Assembly: GCF_000011465.1 (NCBI RefSeq)
Contig: NC_005072.1
Span: 1,560,001-1,592,000, forward strand
Reading direction: 5' to 3'
DNA: 32,000 bases
From: Prochlorococcus marinus subsp. pastoris str. CCMP1986
GTDB taxonomy: Bacteria; Cyanobacteriota; Cyanobacteriia; PCC-6307; Cyanobiaceae
The position numbers and the translations under genes are program-made. The notes under the pieces are model-generated. The model was not told the origin of the DNA. It saw only the letters and a list, made by a program, of their open reading frames with translations, and ran no database searches. Shown here piece by piece: positions 29,771 through 32,000 of the stretch. The first letter of the stretch is position 1. Every line of letters starts with the position of its first letter.

Positions 29771-31510
29771 ATGCTTAATATACATAAACCTTTTCATCAA
29801 AAATATAGGCCTCTTAACCTTGATGAGCTGGTTGGTCAAGAATTTATATCAATCACTCTTAAACAAGCATTAATATCACAGAAAATTGCACCTGCTTATC
29901 TCTTTAATGGACCTAGAGGGACAGGGAAGACATCAAGTGCAAGAATATTTGCAAAATCATTAAATTGTCTATCATCTAAACAACCTACGCCAAATCCATG
30001 TGAAAAATGCGAATTATGTATACAAATAGCGGAAGGTAATGCCTTAGATATTATTGAAATTGATGCCGCATCTAATACTGGAGTTGAAAATATACGAGAA
30101 ATAATTGATAGAGCAAGATTTGCCCCGACTCAAGCTAGATGGAAAGTATATGTTATCGATGAATGTCATATGCTTTCAACAGCTGCATCAAATGCTTTAC
30201 TCAAAACTATTGAAGAACCTCCTGAAAGAGTTGTTTTTATTCTTGCAACAACAAATCCTGAAAGAGTCATAAATACCATTCAAAGTAGATGTCAGAAATT
30301 TGATTTTAAAAGAATAAGCGCAAATACTATTTTCAACAACCTTTCTGCAATAGCAAATAAAGAATCAATTAAATTTGAAGATCAAGCTCTCAAACTAATT
30401 GCAAAAAGATCAAATGGTGGAATGCGAGATGCACAAAGTTTACTAGATCAATTAAGTCTTCTTCCTAATGGCGTTACTACTAAAAATGTTCAAAGCTTAC
30501 TTGGAGAAGTATCCGAAAATGATTTGACTGATTTAATCAATGCATTAATTAATAATCAGCCTGAGTCGTTATTAATTAGTTGTAATAACTTATATGATGC
30601 AGGAAATGAACCAAATGAGATATTAGTTGGACTATTAAATATTACTAGAGACCTTTTACTTAAAACTTTAAATAATAATTATTCTGAAATGTACTATACC
30701 TCTATTGAATTTCAAAATGAATTAAATAAATTCTCTTACAATGTTAGTAAGAACAGAATTATTGACTGGCATAACAAGCTTAAGAATGTTGATTATCAAA
30801 TAAAAACAAGCGACAATCCAAGATTATGGTTGGAAATACACTTAACAAGTCTTCTTGAAAAAAATATCAATCAAACAATAATTAATAAGAAAGAATTAAT
30901 TAATAAACAAGTTATCTCAGAAGATAATAAAAACCAAAATGAATCAGGAGATTTCAATAAGAAAGAATTAATTAATAAACAAGTTATCTCAGAAGATAAT
31001 AAAAACCAAAATGAATCAGGAGATTTCAATAAGAAAGAATTAATTAATAATCAGGACATTAACCAAAATTCTAAAAATGATAATCAAACTGATTATTTAA
31101 AAGAAAAGTGGGAGCTAATTCTTTCTAAATTAGAATTGCCATCAACAAAAATGCTACTTTCTCAGCAAGCAGAACTTGCCAGTATTGATTCGAATGAAGT
31201 TTTAATAGCATTATCTCCCAACTGGGAAAATATGATCAAAAGTCGAAAAGTAATAATTGAAAATGCTATAAAAAAAGTATTTGGGGATAAAGTAAAACTT
31301 AACTTTTCTAGCAAAAAAATTAATATTACTAAGACTGCAAACTTACAAGATAAAGTAATCAAGAAATTAAATGACAATTATGAAAAGCAAAGCACTAATT
31401 TTCATGATTCACCCTCCCCCACTAATAAACCTAAACCAGAATCCTATAATAATAGTCCCGAAAATTTAGCAAATTTTTTTAACGGAGAAATTGTTGATTT
31501 AGATGAATAA
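29771..31510 (+). CDS. dnaX: DNA polymerase III subunit gamma/tau
   Basis: 579 aa. Motifs GPRGTGKTS, zinc module CEKCELC, DECHML and SRCQKFDF. The C-terminal half is low-complexity and contains a perfect tandem duplication. The length shows there is no intein. Confidence 0.95.
   Translation: MLNIHKPFHQKYRPLNLDELVGQEFISITLKQALISQKIAPAYLFNGPRGTGKTSSARIFAKSLNCLSSKQPTPNPCEKCELCIQIAEGNALDIIEIDAASNTGVENIREIIDRARFAPTQARWKVYVIDECHMLSTAASNALLKTIEEPPERVVFILATTNPERVINTIQSRCQKFDFKRISANTIFNNLSAIANKESIKFEDQALKLIAKRSNGGMRDAQSLLDQLSLLPNGVTTKNVQSLLGEVSENDLTDLINALINNQPESLLISCNNLYDAGNEPNEILVGLLNITRDLLLKTLNNNYSEMYYTSIEFQNELNKFSYNVSKNRIIDWHNKLKNVDYQIKTSDNPRLWLEIHLTSLLEKNINQTIINKKELINKQVISEDNKNQNESGDFNKKELINKQVISEDNKNQNESGDFNKKELINNQDINQNSKNDNQTDYLKEKWELILSKLELPSTKMLLSQQAELASIDSNEVLIALSPNWENMIKSRKVIIENAIKKVFGDKVKLNFSSKKINITKTANLQDKVIKKLNDNYEKQSTNFHDSPSPTNKPKPESYNNSPENLANFFNGEIVDLDE
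30884..31050 (+). repeat. 72-bp direct tandem repeat, 2 perfect copies plus a 23-nt partial third copy, in frame within dnaX
   Basis: By manual alignment, 30884..30955 is identical to 30956..31027 at all 72 positions. 31028..31050 repeats the first 23 nt. The unit encodes NKKELINKQVISEDNKNQNESGDF. Confidence 0.95.
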
Positions 31511-31511
31511 C

Positions 31512-32000
31512 TTAAACACCAGTATGAAGTGTTTTCTTCCAGAGAATCTTTTTAGGAAAAAGAGACATTTTTATTGTTACCCATGGTATAACTAAAAACC
31601 AATGAGATAGATATACAAGAGAAACTAACATCATCATCAAATTGAGATTTTGTAAAACTGGACCCTCACTCTTGCATGAAGAGCCATACCAAACTGCAAT
31701 TCCAGACAAAGTAAATGCTGTTATGGAGATTGGCCAATAACTGGGTGATTCCGTTAGAGCAATACTTAAAATCAAATCAACCAAAGAAATAATAGGCAAG
31801 GCATATTGCAAGATAAAGAAAAAGGTTAAATCAAACTTTTGAATAAGTTCAATTTTTTTTGAAAATAATTGCTCCCCATAATCAAAAAATCTTTGCAAAC
31901 CACCTTCAGCCCATCTTTGTCTCTGTGAAAATAAAGCAGATATATTTTCAACTGCTTCTTCCATAACAGGAGGATCCCAGAGAATCCCAATTTTTGATTT
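31512..32000 (-). CDS. Family 2 glycosyltransferase, C-terminal part (gene runs off the right edge of the window)
   Basis: The Q-x-x-R-W motif (SQRQRWAEGG) is followed by several TM helices, as in processive GT2 enzymes. The frame stays open upstream of the track's ATG at 31964 (...KSKIGILWDPPVMEEAVEN), so the true start lies beyond position 32000. Confidence 0.75.
   Translation of the reverse strand, partial: KSKIGILWDPPVMEEAVENISALFSQRQRWAEGGLQRFFDYGEQLFSKKIELIQKFDLTFFFILQYALPIISLVDLILSIALTESPSYWPISITAFTLSGIAVWYGSSCKSEGPVLQNLNLMMMLVSLVYLSHWFLVIPWVTIKMSLFPKKILWKKTLHTGV

Noticed and set aside
3223-31377. The remaining short ORFs (61-103 aa) in the track that overlap larger genes on the opposite strand: 3223, 3641, 4930, 5221, 13591, 14624, 17582, 18666, 19024, 20588, 21111, 22337, 24291 and 31162.
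   Set aside because: Each is nested antisense within a confidently identified housekeeping gene. Each has low-complexity or hydrophobic shadow-frame composition, and none has its own intergenic or promoter space.
853-31510. Inteins in gyrB or dnaX, which are known in some cyanobacteria.
   Set aside because: Both proteins are of uninterrupted normal length with contiguous conserved motifs, and no Hint or homing-endonuclease blocks are present.
1-32000. CRISPR arrays, IS elements or transposases, prophage genes, toxin-antitoxin pairs, restriction-modification or other defence systems, and rRNA.
   Set aside because: None was found. There are no spaced direct repeats and no ORF with recognisable nuclease, integrase, transposase or methylase motifs outside the housekeeping genes listed. 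No non-coding gap exceeds about 180 bp.

Overview
AT-rich (about 30% G+C by eye) and very gene-dense chromosomal segment, with only about 5% non-coding sequence. Gene content and order fit the core genome of a marine picocyanobacterium, most likely a high-light-adapted Prochlorococcus: psbZ, ycf23/DUF561, a PlmA-like GntR regulator, a four-ACT aspartokinase, asd-dapA-rnj, tig-clpP-clpX, and gyrB/miaA/infC/cysE/secA. This assignment is inference from recognised families; no database search was possible. I call 29 protein-coding genes, two of them truncated by the window edges, plus one tRNA-Gly(GCC). I saw no rRNA, CRISPR array, transposase, integrase, phage gene, toxin-antitoxin pair or defence-like gene. 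I could not find a convincing novel multi-gene system. Almost every long ORF is a recognisable housekeeping gene, and the longest non-coding gap is about 177 bp. The points worth a second look are small-scale. (1) dnaX carries a base-perfect 72-bp in-frame tandem duplication in its linker, just downstream of an A7 tract. (2) RNase J has a roughly 70-aa N/Q-rich C-terminal tail ending in an Arg-rich RTRRRRSA motif. (3) All six convergent gene junctions leave 29 nt or less between stops, and one pair overlaps as CTAG. (4) gyrB, a secreted SH3-like ORF and two crcB genes form a tightly packed string with no room for a fluoride riboswitch. (5) The first 50 nt of infC are GC-rich with a cluster of CGN arginine codons. 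(6) A PlmA-like regulator ends 6 nt upstream of an atypical cysE. (7) Two maximal ORFs in the track, GtrA-like and ycf23, probably have over-extended starts. Several candidate -10 boxes and palindromes are listed at low confidence.
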